Source: an uncultured delta proteobacterium
Lineage (GTDB): Bacteria > Desulfobacterota > Binatia > UBA9968
DNA length: 64,000 nucleotides
Direction of reading: 5' to 3'
Assembly (NCBI GenBank): GCA_963847445.1
Contig: CAWJZV010000004.1
Span: 128,001-192,000, forward strand
The notes under the pieces are model-generated. The model was not told the DNA's origin. It saw only the letters and a list, made by a program, of their open reading frames with translations, and ran no database searches. The translations under genes were made by a program, and so were the position numbers. Positions 10,314 through 22,442 of this stretch are shown piece by piece. The stretch's first letter is position 1, and the number at the start of each line of letters is the position of its first letter.

Positions 10314-10317
10314 AAGA

Positions 10318-10403
10318 ATGGAGTGATGGAGTAATGGAATGATGGAATGATGGGTTTCGCCGAATCTCAACACTCCAATACTCCAGTACTCCAACACTCC
10401 AAT
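10318..10403. repeat. Inverted arrays of 8-bp tandem repeats
   Basis: (ATGGARTR)x4 followed by (CARYACTC)x4. Confidence 0.8.
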
Positions 10404-10420
10404 TTGAATTCGAGGTTACC

Positions 10421-10893
10421 ATGAACACAAAGATTCAATTCACGCTCAACGGCAAATCAGTCAGCCGCGAAGTGCCAGACCCATCGCCTCCTGCTCGACC
10501 TGCTGCGCGACGAGATCGGCGCCACCGGCACCAAGGAAGGTTGCGGCACCGGCGATTGCGGCGCCTGCACGGTGATGATGAACGGCAAGCCGGTGAACTC
10601 TTGTCTGATTCTTTCCGGCGAACTGGACGGCGCCGATATCGTCACCATCGAAGGCTTGAAAATCGGCCCGGAACTTCATCCAGTGCAAAAAGCTTTTGTC
10701 CAGGATGGCGGCGCCCAATGCGGTTACTGCACGCCGGGCATGTTGATGATGTCCAAAGCCTTACTCGACGACAATCCCAATCCGACGTGAAGAAGAAATT
10801 CGCTACGCCCTCTCCGGCAACCTATGCCGCTGCACCGGCTACGCGAAGATCGTCCAGGCGGTCCAAGACGCGGCAGCGATGTTAAGAAAATGA
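10421..10893 (+). CDS. Xanthine dehydrogenase-family 2x[2Fe-2S] subunit (CoxS-like); two frameshifts
   Basis: TKEGCGTGDCGACTV, QCGYCTPG and GNLCRCTGY recovered across frames. Confidence 0.88.
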
Positions 10894-10896
10894 CAA

Positions 10897-11028
10897 GGTT
10901 CAAGCCGTTCCAGTCGTTCAATCGCTTCGCTCCGATCAAATCGTTGAACCCTTCGAACGGTTACCCCAAATGAACCTCCGAATCTTCGAAACGGCTTGAA
11001 CGATTTGAACGTTTTGAACGGCTTGAAC
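10897..11028. repeat. Inverted arrays of ~9-bp tandem repeats (GTTCAA.../...TTGAAC)
   Basis: GTTCAAGCC GTTCCAGTC GTTCAATC ... GGCTTGAAC GATTTGAAC GTTTTGAAC GGCTTGAAC. Confidence 0.75.
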
Positions 11029-11046
11029 AAATTCTAGGAGTTAATC

Positions 11047-13365
11047 ATGTCCGAATTCACAGTTATCGGCAAACCGGTCACCCGCGTCGATGCCAACGAA
11101 AAGGTTACCGGACAAATAGTCTATGGCTACGACCTCGCCCTGCCGAACATGCTTTACGGCAAGACGCTGTTTAGCCCCAAGGCCCACGCGAAAATAATCA
11201 GCATCGATACCGACGAAGGCCAAAGCGCTGCCCGGCGTCGTTGCCGTCGTCACCGGCGCCGATGCGCCTTGGACCCACGGCGAGGCGGTCAAAGACAAGC
11301 CGTTCCTAGCCCAGGGCAAAGTGCGTTATATCGGCGAGCCGGTGGCGGCGGTGGCCGCCGAGGACGAAGACATCGCCCAAGCGGCGGTGAAACTCATCGA
11401 GGTCGAATATGAAGACCTGCCGGTTTACACCGATCCCGAAGCGGCCTGTAAACCCGGCTGCATGGAGATCCACGAAGACTACGACAGCTATCGCAAGGCC
11501 AACTTTATGGTTCGCGGCGCCGCGCCCAATGTCGCCGAACATTTCAAACTGCGCACCGGCGACGTCGCCAAAGGTTTTGCCGAGTCCGATCTGGTGCTCG
11601 AAGAGAGATATTTCGTGCCGATGATCCAGCATGCCGCCATGGAGCCGCATTCGGCGCATGCCCAGTGGGATAAAGAATCCGGCCGTCTGACCATTTGGGT
11701 CGCCAACGATGCGCCGTTCCGCGCTCTGCACGAGATCTCCGAAGCGCTCGACCATGGACAAGGAAAAAATTCGCTTCATCAATCCGGCCCAGGGCGGCGG
11801 CTTCGGCTCCAAGGGCGGCTTGAAATGCGAACCCATCGCCGTGGCGCTCGGCTTTCCATACCAACGGCCGGCCGGTGCGCGTGAAGTTCAACCGCGAAGA
11901 GACTTTCATCTCGACCCTGACGCGCCACGAAGCGGTGGTCTACTGCAAAGACCGGCGTAAAAAAGGACGGCACCATGATGGCGCGCGAGATGACGATCTA
12001 CTGGGGCGCCGGCGCCTACGCCGAGAAAAGTCCGACGGTGTGCATTCGCGGCAGCCTGCCGGCGCCTGGGCCGTATCGAATTCCCCATGTCAAAGTCGAC
12101 GGCTACGCGGTTTACACCAACAAGCCGGTGGCCGGCTCCTATCGCGGTTACGGCATTCCCCAGGGCGCCTGGGCCGGCGAACAGCAGATGGATGAGCTGG
12201 CGAGAAAACTCGGCATGGACCCCATCGACATTCGCATGAAGAATATCTTCGTCGAAGGCGACACTGTCGTACTGGGGTGAGAAACTCCACGCCGTCGGCT
12301 TGAAAGAGACCTTGATCAAAGCCACCGAGGCGATCGATTACGGCAAGAAATCGACTGATCAACAAGCCTGGCCTGAAAATCGGCAAAGGCTTCGCCTGCA
12401 TTCAAAAGCCAACCCGCTCGCCGACCACTTCCAATGCCGGCGTCACCGTTAACGCCCAAGGCGAAGTCACGGTGTTCGCGGGAACGGTGGAAATCGGCCA
12501 AGGCTGCAATACGATCCTCTCGCAAGTGGCCGCCGAAGAGTTAAAAGTCCCGATGGACAAAGTGCTCATGCACCAGCTCGACACCGACGTCATCCCCTAC
12601 GACGCTTCGACCACTTCGAGCCGGAGCACCTATCACATGGGCAACGCCGTGCGCAGCGCCTCGATTCACGCCCGTGAACAGATCATGGAAGCGGCGGCGC
12701 CGATGCTCGAAGCCGGCGTCCAAGAGCTCGTCTTCGGCGATGGCAAAGTTTTCGCCAAAGACCAGCCGCAGCAGTCACTGCCCATCGGCGAAGTCGTCAA
12801 GCGCAAGCTCGGCATCAACGGCATCGTCCGCGGCGACGCGTCGTATACCTATGAAATCGGCAAAGACCTGGATTTGGAGACCGGCCACAGCGACCATGCG
12901 TCGGCGTTTTATATGTACGCCACCCAGGCCGCCGAAGTCAGCGTCGACGAAGAGAGCGGCCGCGTGCGGGTGCTCAGAATGTCCGCCGCCCACGACGTCG
13001 GCAAAGCGATCAATCCGCTCAACTGTGCCGCGCAAATCGAAGGCGGCGTGGTCATGGGCATTGGCTCGGCGATCCATGAAGAGATGATCATCGACGCCAC
13101 CGGCAAGGTGCGCAACCCGTCGTTCCTCGATTACCACCTGGTCACATCCCTCGATTGTCCGGAGTTGATTCCGATCATCGTCGAATGCCACGAGCCCGAA
13201 GGTCCCTACGGCGCCAAAGGTTTGGGCGAACCGGGCCTGGCACCGACCCCCGCCGCCATCGGCAATGCCGTCGCCGACGCCACCGGCGTGCGCATCTACG
13301 ATCTGCCGCTCAAGCCGGAAAACGTTTTCTGGGCGCTGCAGAAGAATAAAAAAAGCGCCGCTTAA
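11047..13365 (+). CDS. Xanthine dehydrogenase-family molybdopterin-binding large subunit; several frameshifts
   Basis: RVDANEKVTG, HAAMEPH, GGGFGSK, SYRGYG, EIGQG, QIEGG and GAKGLGE across ORF fragments. Confidence 0.88.
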
Positions 13366-13466
13366 CCGTTTTATCTCGAATTTCCGACGACTTTCGTTTA
13401 ACATTGCTCACCGGCTGAGAGCGCAAGTCTCAGCCGGTGAATTCTCTCGTCGCGGAGGACCACGTA

Positions 13467-14640
13467 ATGCGGACTTGTTTTCGCCGATCGCTTCTGCTGT
13501 TCATTTTGGCGGCTTCGCTGCCCTCTGGAGAATCAGCCATGGCGGCGGAAACCGGGCCACGGCCGAGCCCAACCGTAACCGGCATGCCCGCCGTGGTCGA
13601 TCCCAACAATCTCTACAGCGAGACCCGCTCGGACAAGCTGAGCCCGGCCGTGGCCAAGCATTTGAGCCGGGTTTACGTGCCCAACCGCACCTCCAATGAC
13701 GTTTGGGTGATCGATCCCGAATCGCTGAAAGTCATCGACAAATTCAAAGTCGGCATCAACCCGCAGCATGTCGTGCCGTCATGGGACTTGAAAACCCTCT
13801 GGGTCAACAACAACGCCGAAGGGCGCCACGACGGCAGCGTCACGCCCATCGACCCGCTCACCGGCAAGCCCGGCAAAAACATTCCGGTGGACGATCCTTA
13901 CAACATGTATTTCACGCCGGACGGCAGCGCTGCCATCGTCGTCGCCGAAGCGCGCAAGCGATTGGATTTCCGCGATCCGCAGACCATGGCGATGAAGTAT
14001 TCCATCGACACGCCGCAATGCGCCGGCATTAACCACGCCGATTTTTCCGCCGACGGCCGCTACGCGATCTTCACCTGCGAGTTCGCCCAGACCTTGGCGA
14101 AGATCGATCTGGTCGAGAGAAAAGTCGTCGGTTATTTAAAATTATCCAAGGGCGGCATGCCGCAAGACGCGCGCATTTCGCCGGACGGCAAAGTATTTTA
14201 CATCGCCGATATGAAAGCCGAAGGCGTGTTCATCATCGATGCTGAGAAGTTCAGCGAAATCGGCCATATCAAAACCGGCCTCGGCGCCCATGGCCTCTAC
14301 CCGAGCCGCGACGGGAAAAAACTCTATGTCGCCAATCGCGGCGTCGCCAAGGTTTACGGACCGCCCAAAGGCAAAGGCAGCGTCAGCGTCGTCGACTTCA
14401 CCACGACGAAAAGTCGAAGCGACCTGGACCATCCCCGGCGGCGGCAGCCCCGACATGGGCAACGTCAGCATCGACGGCAAACAGTTGTGGCTCTCGGGCC
14501 GCTACGACAACGAGATCTACGTCTTCGACACCGCCAACGGCAGCGTCAAAAAAATCCCCGTAAAAACCGAACCGCACGGCCTCACCGTCTGGCCGCAGCC
14601 GGGACGATACTCGCTCGGCCATACCGGGAATATGCGCTAG
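13467..14640 (+). CDS. YncE/YVTN-type beta-propeller periplasmic protein; frameshift near 14410
   Basis: Signal peptide; repeated VYV(P/A)N, V-x-VID and PHGL blades; C-terminus WPQPGRYSLGHTGNMR. Confidence 0.8.
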
Positions 14641-14856
14641 CGCGAAACGATTTTCGTTCAAGCCAGCCATACAAAGGCGGTGCGATTCGTCGAAGCTTAG
14701 CGAATGCATCATCGATAGCCGTATCCACTGCGCCGGATCGTCGGGGAACCTTTCACATTCAGCCTGGCGAATGACGCAACGTCTTGCGCCGTTCATGTGA
14801 AACCCGGTAAAAGGCTCTATCGTGTTTGGACTCTGAGATCACACAAGGAGATTCGC

Positions 14857-15888
14857 ATGACTAGATTCGCTGTAGCTTTATTGGCACTCATCACGATCGT
14901 TCAAGCTCAAACAGTCAATGCCGCCTCGGCCGACGACTTCTACCGCGGCAAGACCATCCGGGTGATCGTCGGTTTCGCCGCCGGCGGCGGCTTCGATCAG
15001 TACGCGCGCACCATCGCGCGCCATATGCCAAGGCATATTGCCGGCAACCCGGCGATGATCGTCGACAACATGGGCGGCGCCGGCAGCCGGCTCGCCGCCA
15101 ATTATCTCTACAAAGCCAGCGCGCCGGACGGCTTGACCATCGGCAACTTCATCGGCTCGCTGCTGTTGCAGCAAATCCTCGGCGACCAGGGCGTGGAATT
15201 CGACGGCAAGCGCTTCGAATGGCTCGGCGCGCCGGTGCAGGACGAGACCGTCTGCGCGCTGACCAAGGCGAGCGGCATCACCAGCCTCGACCAATGGTTC
15301 GCGGCCAAGAAGCCGGTGAAACTCGGCGGCGAAGCGCCCGGCGCCAACGACTCCGACGTGCCGCGCATGCTGCAAGCGACTTTGAAGCTGCCGCTGCAAT
15401 TGATCGAGGGCTACAAAGGCACTTCGTTCATTCGCATCGCCGCCGAATCTGGCGAAGTCGACGGCGGCTGCTGGACCTGGGCGTCGATCCGTTCGACTTG
15501 GAAAAAAGGTCTCGACTCCGGGCAAGTGATTCCGATCATTCAAGTCAACGCCAAGAAGGCGCACGACATCCCCAACGTCCCCAACGCCTACGACCACGCC
15601 AAGACCGCCGAGGCCAAAGCGCTGCTTGAGGCCGGCGTCCACGCGCCGTCGGCGATCCTGCGCGCTTACGCGCTGCCGCCGGCAACGCCGAAAGACCGAT
15701 TGACTATTTTGCGCGATGCCTTCAACGCGACCATGAAAGACAAAGAATTCATCGCCGAGATCGTCAAAGGAAACCTCGAGCTGGATCCACTCAACGGCGC
15801 CGAGGTGGAAACCCTCGCGCGCAAACTTTACCAGGTCGATCAAAGCTTGGTCGGCAAGTTGCGCGAGATCTTAGTGCCGAAGAAATAG
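14857..15888 (+). CDS. Bug/TctC tripartite tricarboxylate transporter substrate-binding protein
   Basis: FYRGKTIRVIVGFAAGGGFD, NMGGAGS, APDGLT, GYKG; AAGGAG RBS; signal peptide. Confidence 0.88.
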   Translation: MTRFAVALLALITIVQAQTVNAASADDFYRGKTIRVIVGFAAGGGFDQYARTIARHMPRHIAGNPAMIVDNMGGAGSRLAANYLYKASAPDGLTIGNFIGSLLLQQILGDQGVEFDGKRFEWLGAPVQDETVCALTKASGITSLDQWFAAKKPVKLGGEAPGANDSDVPRMLQATLKLPLQLIEGYKGTSFIRIAAESGEVDGGCWTWASIRSTWKKGLDSGQVIPIIQVNAKKAHDIPNVPNAYDHAKTAEAKALLEAGVHAPSAILRAYALPPATPKDRLTILRDAFNATMKDKEFIAEIVKGNLELDPLNGAEVETLARKLYQVDQSLVGKLREILVPKK

Positions 15889-15894
15889 CCGGCC

Positions 15895-18123
15895 CTAGCG
15901 CCAGCGCAGCACCTTTACAACATTGGAAAACTCGTCGGTCCAGAGATCACCGTCGAGCCGTCCATCGAGCCGCTGCCAGCGCGCACCGAAAGCGAAAGTG
16001 TCCGCCGCTCGACGGTCGCGTGACAACAGCATCCAGCGTGAGGGACTCTTCCCCTCGGCGATCTCTTCAGGGGTCAGTTCGAAGTCGTCTTGAATCAGCG
16101 CCGTTAGTTCCAACTCCGTGGCCAGCCGGTCAAGCACCGGCGCCAGATCCATGTGACGGTTCGAAATATGGATCAGCAGTATGCCGCCGCCAGATAGCTT
16201 CCGCAGATAGAGCTCAAACGCCTGGCGAGTCAATAGATGCGTGGGAATCACATCCGAGCTAAAAGCATCTAAAACAAAAATGTCGAAATAATGACTCGGC
16301 GCACTCGCCAACGACAAGCGGGCGTCGCCGATGATCACATCAATCTTCGGCGGACAATCGCGCAGATAGGTGAACAAGCGCGGGTCGCGCGCGATCTTTT
16401 CCACCATCGGATCAATTTCGTAAAAGGTGAACTGTTGCGCAGCAGCGCCGTGGCACGCCAGCGCGCCGGTGCCAAGGCCAACGATGGCGACCTTATTCGC
16501 GGCGCCGCCGCGCGCGGCCGCGAGCAGCACCTGGCCGGCCGGACCGCTGCGATGGTAGTACGACAAGGGAATGAGATGCTTCGCGGCCTCGGAATTCTGC
16601 GCGCCATGGATCGTCGTGCCATGAAACAGCAGATGGCGTTTACTGGCGAGGTCATGAGTCACCCGATAGGCGCCGAAGAAACTACGGTCGTGGAATATCT
16701 CGTGACCATAGGACGGTGGAAACCTCGCAGCGATCAAGAAAAGGGCGATCAAACCCAACCCAAAGCGCACTGGCCGGTTGGCGAAAGTCAGGCAAAGCAT
16801 GCCGCTGATGCCAAAAATCATCAAATGAAGGTTGGCACGCGACAAAGATGGCATAGCCTTGCCGAGTTCGAGAAGCAGCATCATAGCCGCACAAAGCAGC
16901 ACCGGGAGGAGCCAGTCCGCTTTTTTGCCCGCCGCCATATTTTCGGCTCCACTGACGACTGGACGGGCAAAAGCCGCCGCAACCATCATCAATGGATATT
17001 CCAGGACGCTGCTAAAAACTTGCGGCGCCAACAATGCATTGAACAATCCGCCTAGCACACCGCCTAGCGATATCCAGAGATAAAATTCGGTGAGCTGGCT
17101 GGCCGGTGGCCGGTCTTGGGCCAAGCGGCCATGACAAATGACTGCGGTGACGAAGAAAGCGAGCAGATGTAAAGGCAAAACGATGTACACCGGACTCGTC
17201 GCACTCACGGCAACGATAATCGCCGCCGCGAGCAGGAGAAACGCTTGACGACGAACGAGAAACGGCCCGGTCGCCCATTGCGCGCCACCGAAGGCGACGA
17301 TGAAAGACAATAAATAGGCCGCCAATGGAATCACCCAGAAAAGCGGCGCCGAAACCACATCCGTGGTGATGTACAGGGTTACGCCACTGAGTAAACTCGA
17401 AGGCACGAAAGACCAGAGAAGCCACCTTAACCGTCGACTCAGCGCAATCGTGAATTGGTCATCGTGGAAGCCATCGCCGCCGACGCCGGCCGCCGCCGCA
17501 CCGGGGTCGGGATCAGCGACGGCGCGAGTCGTAGATGAATATAGAAAACTCAGTAGACAGAGCGCGATAAGCAACGCCAGTCCTAAAAAACCATGGAACC
17601 AATAATAATTTTGCTGATTGAGCGTCAGATTGGGTTCGATCAAAGCCGGATAGGCGAGCAGACCGGCCAAGCTCCCGGCGTTGCTCGCCGCGTATAAAAA
17701 ATAGGGGTCGCGCGACGCGCTGTGACGACTTTGAGCAAACCACTGCTGCAGCAGCGGCGCGCCCGCGGCGATCACAAACAACGGAAAGCCGATCGAGACC
17801 GTTAACGCGCCGAGCACGAGCTGAGTCGGATGTTCGGCCGGCGTCGACAACCATTGCATGGGCAGAGTGACCGGCAGCAGTAGGATCGCCGCGGCGACAA
17901 GACCCAAATGTAAAACCGCCTGGCCCTTGATACCGATCCACGCGCCGAGGTAATGCGCATACGCGTAGCCAATCAGCAGGGCGGCTTGATAAAAAGCCAG
18001 ACTGGCGTTCCAAACCGCCGGACTGCCGCCGAGAAAAGGCAAAATCATCTTGGCGACCAACGGTTCAATAATGAACATCAAGGCCGCATTGACGAACAAT
18101 GTTAGCGAGTAAAGTAGGATCAA
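15895..18123 (-). CDS. Fused membrane (MFS-like)/spermidine synthase-like methyltransferase
   Basis: Many TM helices then HGTTIHG, IVGLGTG, YEIDP, GDAR, LDAFSSD, WTDEFSN. Confidence 0.85.
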   Translation of the reverse strand: MILLYSLTLFVNAALMFIIEPLVAKMILPFLGGSPAVWNASLAFYQAALLIGYAYAHYLGAWIGIKGQAVLHLGLVAAAILLLPVTLPMQWLSTPAEHPTQLVLGALTVSIGFPLFVIAAGAPLLQQWFAQSRHSASRDPYFLYAASNAGSLAGLLAYPALIEPNLTLNQQNYYWFHGFLGLALLIALCLLSFLYSSTTRAVADPDPGAAAAGVGGDGFHDDQFTIALSRRLRWLLWSFVPSSLLSGVTLYITTDVVSAPLFWVIPLAAYLLSFIVAFGGAQWATGPFLVRRQAFLLLAAAIIVAVSATSPVYIVLPLHLLAFFVTAVICHGRLAQDRPPASQLTEFYLWISLGGVLGGLFNALLAPQVFSSVLEYPLMMVAAAFARPVVSGAENMAAGKKADWLLPVLLCAAMMLLLELGKAMPSLSRANLHLMIFGISGMLCLTFANRPVRFGLGLIALFLIAARFPPSYGHEIFHDRSFFGAYRVTHDLASKRHLLFHGTTIHGAQNSEAAKHLIPLSYYHRSGPAGQVLLAAARGGAANKVAIVGLGTGALACHGAAAQQFTFYEIDPMVEKIARDPRLFTYLRDCPPKIDVIIGDARLSLASAPSHYFDIFVLDAFSSDVIPTHLLTRQAFELYLRKLSGGGILLIHISNRHMDLAPVLDRLATELELTALIQDDFELTPEEIAEGKSPSRWMLLSRDRRAADTFAFGARWQRLDGRLDGDLWTDEFSNVVKVLRWR

Positions 18124-18338
18124 ACTCTAGTCCGATATTGGTTTTGCGTCGTGAGTTGCCGGGTCGGAAGCCGTATACGCCAGTTGCATGCCAAGCTATT
18201 TAACTACGGTTAATCGGTACGACCGGCCAGTCAAATTAGCAGATCGAACTATCCAGTCAATTGACATCTTGGCGCACTCTTCGATAGAAACAAATACCTA
18301 CACGCCGCATCGAACACTCACGTTTCGCGCGAGGGAAT

Positions 18339-18536
18339 ATGGCCGAAGCACTCACTGTCGAGAATCTAAAAACAATCGCCGAGCAGCGGGGATTGAAACT
18401 TGCCGACGAAGAACTGCAACAACTCCTGCCCGGCGTCATGCGCGCGCGCCAGCAAGCAGCCGAGTTGAGAGAACTGCTCACGCTGCCGGATGAACCGGCG
18501 GGCGTATTCAATGCCGGCAAAGAGAAACTAAAGTAG
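18339..18536 (+). CDS. Small AtzG/GatC-like amidase accessory protein
   Basis: 65 aa, GL-x-L helix and C-terminal EPAGVF; GAGGG RBS; 7 nt upstream of the amidase. Confidence 0.6.
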   Translation: MAEALTVENLKTIAEQRGLKLADEELQQLLPGVMRARQQAAELRELLTLPDEPAGVFNAGKEKLK

Positions 18537-18543
18537 CCACGCC

Positions 18544-19946
18544 ATGGAGCAAAACGAACTCTGTTATCTGACCATTGCCGAAGCCGCCGCTGGCCTCCGG
18601 CGCAAACAATTTTCCGCCGTCGAACTCGCCGACGCCTGTCTCGACCGTATCGAAGCGCATGACGCCAAGCTGCATAGTTTCATCACGCTCACGGCGGATC
18701 TGGCCTTGGAACAAGCCCGGCAAGCGGAGAAAGAATTGCGCAGCGGCGTCGATCGCGGTCCGCTCCACGGCATACCCATCGCGCTCAAAGATCTCTACGC
18801 GACCAAAGGAATCCGCACGACATGCCATTCAGCGGTGTTGGAGAACTGGATACCCGATCACGATGCGACAACGGTCACCGAAACTCCAGGAAGCCGGCAC
18901 GGTCTTACTCGGCAAGCTCGGCATGCACGAGTTCGCCTTCGGCGGCCCGTCGCTGGACGCGCCCTTCCCTGCCGTGAGAAATCCCTGGAACACGGCGCAT
19001 ATTCCCGGTGGTTCGAGCAGCGGTTCCGGCGCGGCGTTGGCCGCCGGCTTTTGCTTCGGCGCGCTGGGCTCCGACACCGGCGGATCGATCCGCACGCCGT
19101 CATCACACTGCGGCATCGTCGGCATCAAACCGACCTACGGCCGTTGCAGCCGTTACGGCGTCATCCCGCTCAGCTGGTCCCTCGATCACACCGGCCCGAT
19201 GGCGCGCAGCGTCGAAGACTGCGCCATCATGCTGCAAGTCCTGGCCGGTTACGACGCCAAGGACAACGCTTCGGCGCAATGTGCCGGTGGCGAATTTTCA
19301 AGCGGGCATGAAGGACGGAGTCAAAGGGCTGCGCGTCGGCGTGCCGCGCAAAAACTGGTTCGATGAAAACTTAGGAATCGATCCGCAAACCGAAGCGGCC
19401 TTCAATCAAGCGCTCAAAGTCCTCGAAAGCCTCGGCGCGACGGTCGTCGACATCGACGGCAAGTGCTTCTCACTGGCGCGCAAAGCCAACCAGACCATCT
19501 TGGTCTGCGAAGCCTACACCTATCATGAAAAGACTTATCAACAGACGCCGCTGAAGTTCGGCAGCTCGGTGCGCCGAAGAATGCTCGAAGGCGCGTTCCT
19601 GAGCGCCGCCGATTATCTCACCGCCCAGCGCGCCCGCGCCGTGCTCAACGAACAGATCCGCGCCAACTTCGCCAACGTCGACGTCTTCGCCGTCCCCGGC
19701 GCCGCCAGGCCGCCGGAAGCGTTTGATCGCATGGACCCCAACGAGCAGAACCTGCGGCCGAGTTTCACCAATCCATTTAATCTGACGGGATTGCCGGCGA
19801 TCTCGGTGCCCTGCGGTTTTACTGAAGGGAATTTACCGGCAGGATTGCAAATCGTCGCGCCACCGTTTGAGGAAGCGACTTGTTTCCGCGTCGCTTACGC
19901 TTACGAGCAGGCGACGGAGTGGCATAAGCAACGGCCGGTGCTTTAG
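18544..19946 (+). CDS. Amidase-signature enzyme (GatA/AtzE-like); two frameshifts
   Basis: IALKD, PGGSSSGS, GSDTGGSIR, FNLTGLPAISVPCGF. Confidence 0.88.
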
Positions 19947-20032
19947 TCGCATGCAGCTTTCCGGGATAAATTAGGAACGTTCAAATAGGAATACCCGTCG
20001 CACTGATAGCTTGCGTATCGTTCGCACGTGTC

Positions 20033-21551
20033 CTAACGTAGATGGAAGAGGCCAGCACTAACGTAGGTTGGCATTAATTCGCGCCCTATTCTGCCAAACA
20101 CCCGAAAATACATTTCCGCCAGCGCCGGCTCCATGCTGCGCGCGGCGGCGAGTTCTCTTTGCATCGATGGCTCAAGACGGGTGCGGGCGTCCTCGGCGCG
20201 CTTGAGCACTTCCATCTCGTCGACTTTGGTCAGTCGCCCGCCTTCAACGACGATTTCGCCGTTGACTAACACCGTATCGACGTTGCTGCCGTTCTCGCAG
20301 AAGACAATCTGATTGACGACATCGTTCAGCGGCCGGTACGCCGGCGTGTCGCGGCGCAGCAGAACGATGTCGGCGAGCTTTCCCGGCGCGATCACGCCGG
20401 CATCCAGACCAAAGGCGCGGGCGCCGTTGCGCGTCGCCATGGCCAAGCGCTTGCGCGGGCGTGACCCACTGATTGAAATCGCTGCCGGCATGGTTGTGAA
20501 TCAGCGAAACCAGACGCGCCGCGTCGAACATGTTTTGGTTGTCGTTGGAGGCCGCGCCATCGGTGCCTAATCCGACATTCACGCCGGCGGCGAGAAACTC
20601 CTTTACCTTCGCGAGGCCGCTGCCGATGCGCAGGTTGCTCGCCGGGTTGTGCACCGGCGTGGCGCCGCGCTTGGCGAACAGCTCGACATCGGCGTCTTCG
20701 ATCCAGATCGAATGGGCGCAGGAGAGATTGGCGCTGACGATGCCGAGCGAATCGAGATGCTGCAATAGCGAATGGCCGTAGATACTATTGCCCTGAACCT
20801 GCTGCGCTTTGGTTTCGGCAAGATGGATATGCAGCGGCAAGTTGTTCTTGCGCGCGATTTCGGCGCAACCTTGCAGCAACTCATCGGTGCAGCGCTGCAC
20901 CGCGGACGGGCCGGGACATGCGGTCGTGAGCTTTTCCGGCGCATGAAACGTCGCGATAAACTCTTCGCACTCGTCGAGCCAAGCTTGGGTAGATTTCGCC
21001 TCGCTGGCGCTCATGCGCTTGAGTTCGTCGTTCAAGCTCGCGTCGGTTTGACCGAGCGGGATGGTGTCTTCGTAGTTCTTGTCGGTCACCGTCAGCGCCG
21101 CGACGTGGCGCAGGCCGAGATCGCGCATCGCCTGGATCGCCGCCCCCGCGCCCATGAAGCGGCATGCCGCGCTGCCGGCGAAGTGATCGAGCACGGTGGT
21201 CGCGCCGTTCTTGAGCATCTCCATGCCGCCCAAGAGCGCGCTGGCGTAAAAGTCATCTTCGCGCATGTCGCGCAGCGACGCCCGGTAATAGGCGCGCCAA
21301 ATCTCCAGCGGCTTGCTCGGCATCATGCCGCGCACCAGATTGGCCGCCGAGTGGCAGTGCGCATTCACCATGCCGGGCAGCGCAATCATGCGGTCGGCGT
21401 CGATAACTTTGTCGAACGGCCCGTCCGGCGTCCACTCGGCCGGACCGGCAAAAACGATGCGGTTGCCGTCGATAACGATGCCGCCTTTATCGATGACATC
21501 GTTCTGCTCGTTCATGGTCACGAGCAGCGGATTGCGAATCAAAGTTTTCAT
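20033..21551 (-). CDS. Amidohydrolase-superfamily deaminase (MTA/SAH-, guanine-, AtzA/TriA-like); frameshift near 20445
   Basis: NAHCH, HIHLAET, AHSIW, HNPASN, GTDGAASN, GKLADIV. Confidence 0.85.
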
Positions 21552-21569
21552 AAAGACCTCAGAGAAAAA

Positions 21570-21668
21570 GGGACAGACAACTTTTCATAATCGTTGAAAA
21601 GTAGCTGTCCCATCGTCCGAACGTTGAACTTTTGAACCTTGAACCCTTGAACGGCGCGCAACGCGCGC
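21570..21668. repeat. Inverted repeat plus TTGAAC tandem array
   Basis: GGGACAG..ACTTTTCA / TGAAAAGT..CTGTCCC hairpin (21570-21611), then TTGAAC x4. Confidence 0.6.
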
Positions 21669-22337
21669 CTACACGAAACCCATCTTGCGGCCCCAGTTCT
21701 CCGGGTCCTTCAAGAAGTCGATGATCTGTGAATTTTGTTCCGCGGTGAAGTAGTGCTTGCTCGTGCCGGTGTCCAAGACATCGTCCCAGTTTGCCAGCAC
21801 ATGGAGCGCAATGTCGTTCTTCGCAAGACTCTCTCGCCCTTCATGCTGATTGAGCCGGTCCGAAGCATAGTCGAACACGCACAAGCAATGGGTCATCTTG
21901 GCGCCCGCCCCGCGCACGCCGATGTTGAAGCGCAGCTTGCTCAAGCCATCGGTGATCAAATCCTCGACCAAGAGCACGCGCTTGCCCGGTTCGAGAATGC
22001 CTTCGATCTGCTTGGTGCCGCCGTAGCCTTTGGGCTGCTTGCGGATATAGATCATCGGCTTCTTGACGATATGCGCGACAAACGCCGCGTAAGGAATGCC
22101 CGCGGTCTCGCCGCCGGCGACGACGTCGAAGTTATCGAGACCGATGTCGGTTTCCGCCATCTTCGCCAGCGCCGTGACGATGTATTCACGCTCCGCGGCG
22201 AACGACAACAGCTTGCGGCAGTCGATGTAGACCGGCGAGATTCGCCCGGAGACGAACACGTACGGCTTGTCGTTGTAAACCGCGATCGACTCCGTCGACA
22301 GCAGCATCTCGGCAACTTTCTTGGACACTTCGCTCAT
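21669..22337 (-). CDS. pyrE: Orotate phosphoribosyltransferase
   Basis: SGRISPVYIDCR, GGETAGIP, YIRKQPKGYG, LLVEDLITDG. Confidence 0.9.
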   Translation of the reverse strand: MSEVSKKVAEMLLSTESIAVYNDKPYVFVSGRISPVYIDCRKLLSFAAEREYIVTALAKMAETDIGLDNFDVVAGGETAGIPYAAFVAHIVKKPMIYIRKQPKGYGGTKQIEGILEPGKRVLLVEDLITDGLSKLRFNIGVRGAGAKMTHCLCVFDYASDRLNQHEGRESLAKNDIALHVLANWDDVLDTGTSKHYFTAEQNSQIIDFLKDPENWGRKMGFV

Positions 22338-22442
22338 GGAAAAACCTCGCAGATTTTTGGACTAAGGCAAGGTCATAACATAGCGATTTTGCATTGCCAA
22401 CGCTGGCGGTGACAAAGCGGGAGGATAAGGTGATAGACCGAA

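Noticed and set aside
10318-11028. CRISPR array
   Set aside because: Units are 8-9 bp, directly tandem, without unique spacers; no cas genes in the window.
9402-13365. Aerobic CO dehydrogenase (coxMSL) or 4-hydroxybenzoyl-CoA reductase
   Set aside because: The active-site loop is SYRGYG, not AYxCSFR or AYxGAGR, and the FAD subunit lacks the Cys-rich [4Fe-4S] insert of HcrB; only a generic XDH-family call is supported.
18178-18194. Sigma54 promoter for the spermidine-synthase-like gene (TGGCATGCAACTGGC on the minus strand)
   Set aside because: GG-N10-GC spacing fits but the -12 TTGC is imperfect; too weak to list as a feature.
18339-19946. gatC-gatA of the tRNA amidotransferase
   Set aside because: No gatB follows and the small protein is shorter than typical GatC.
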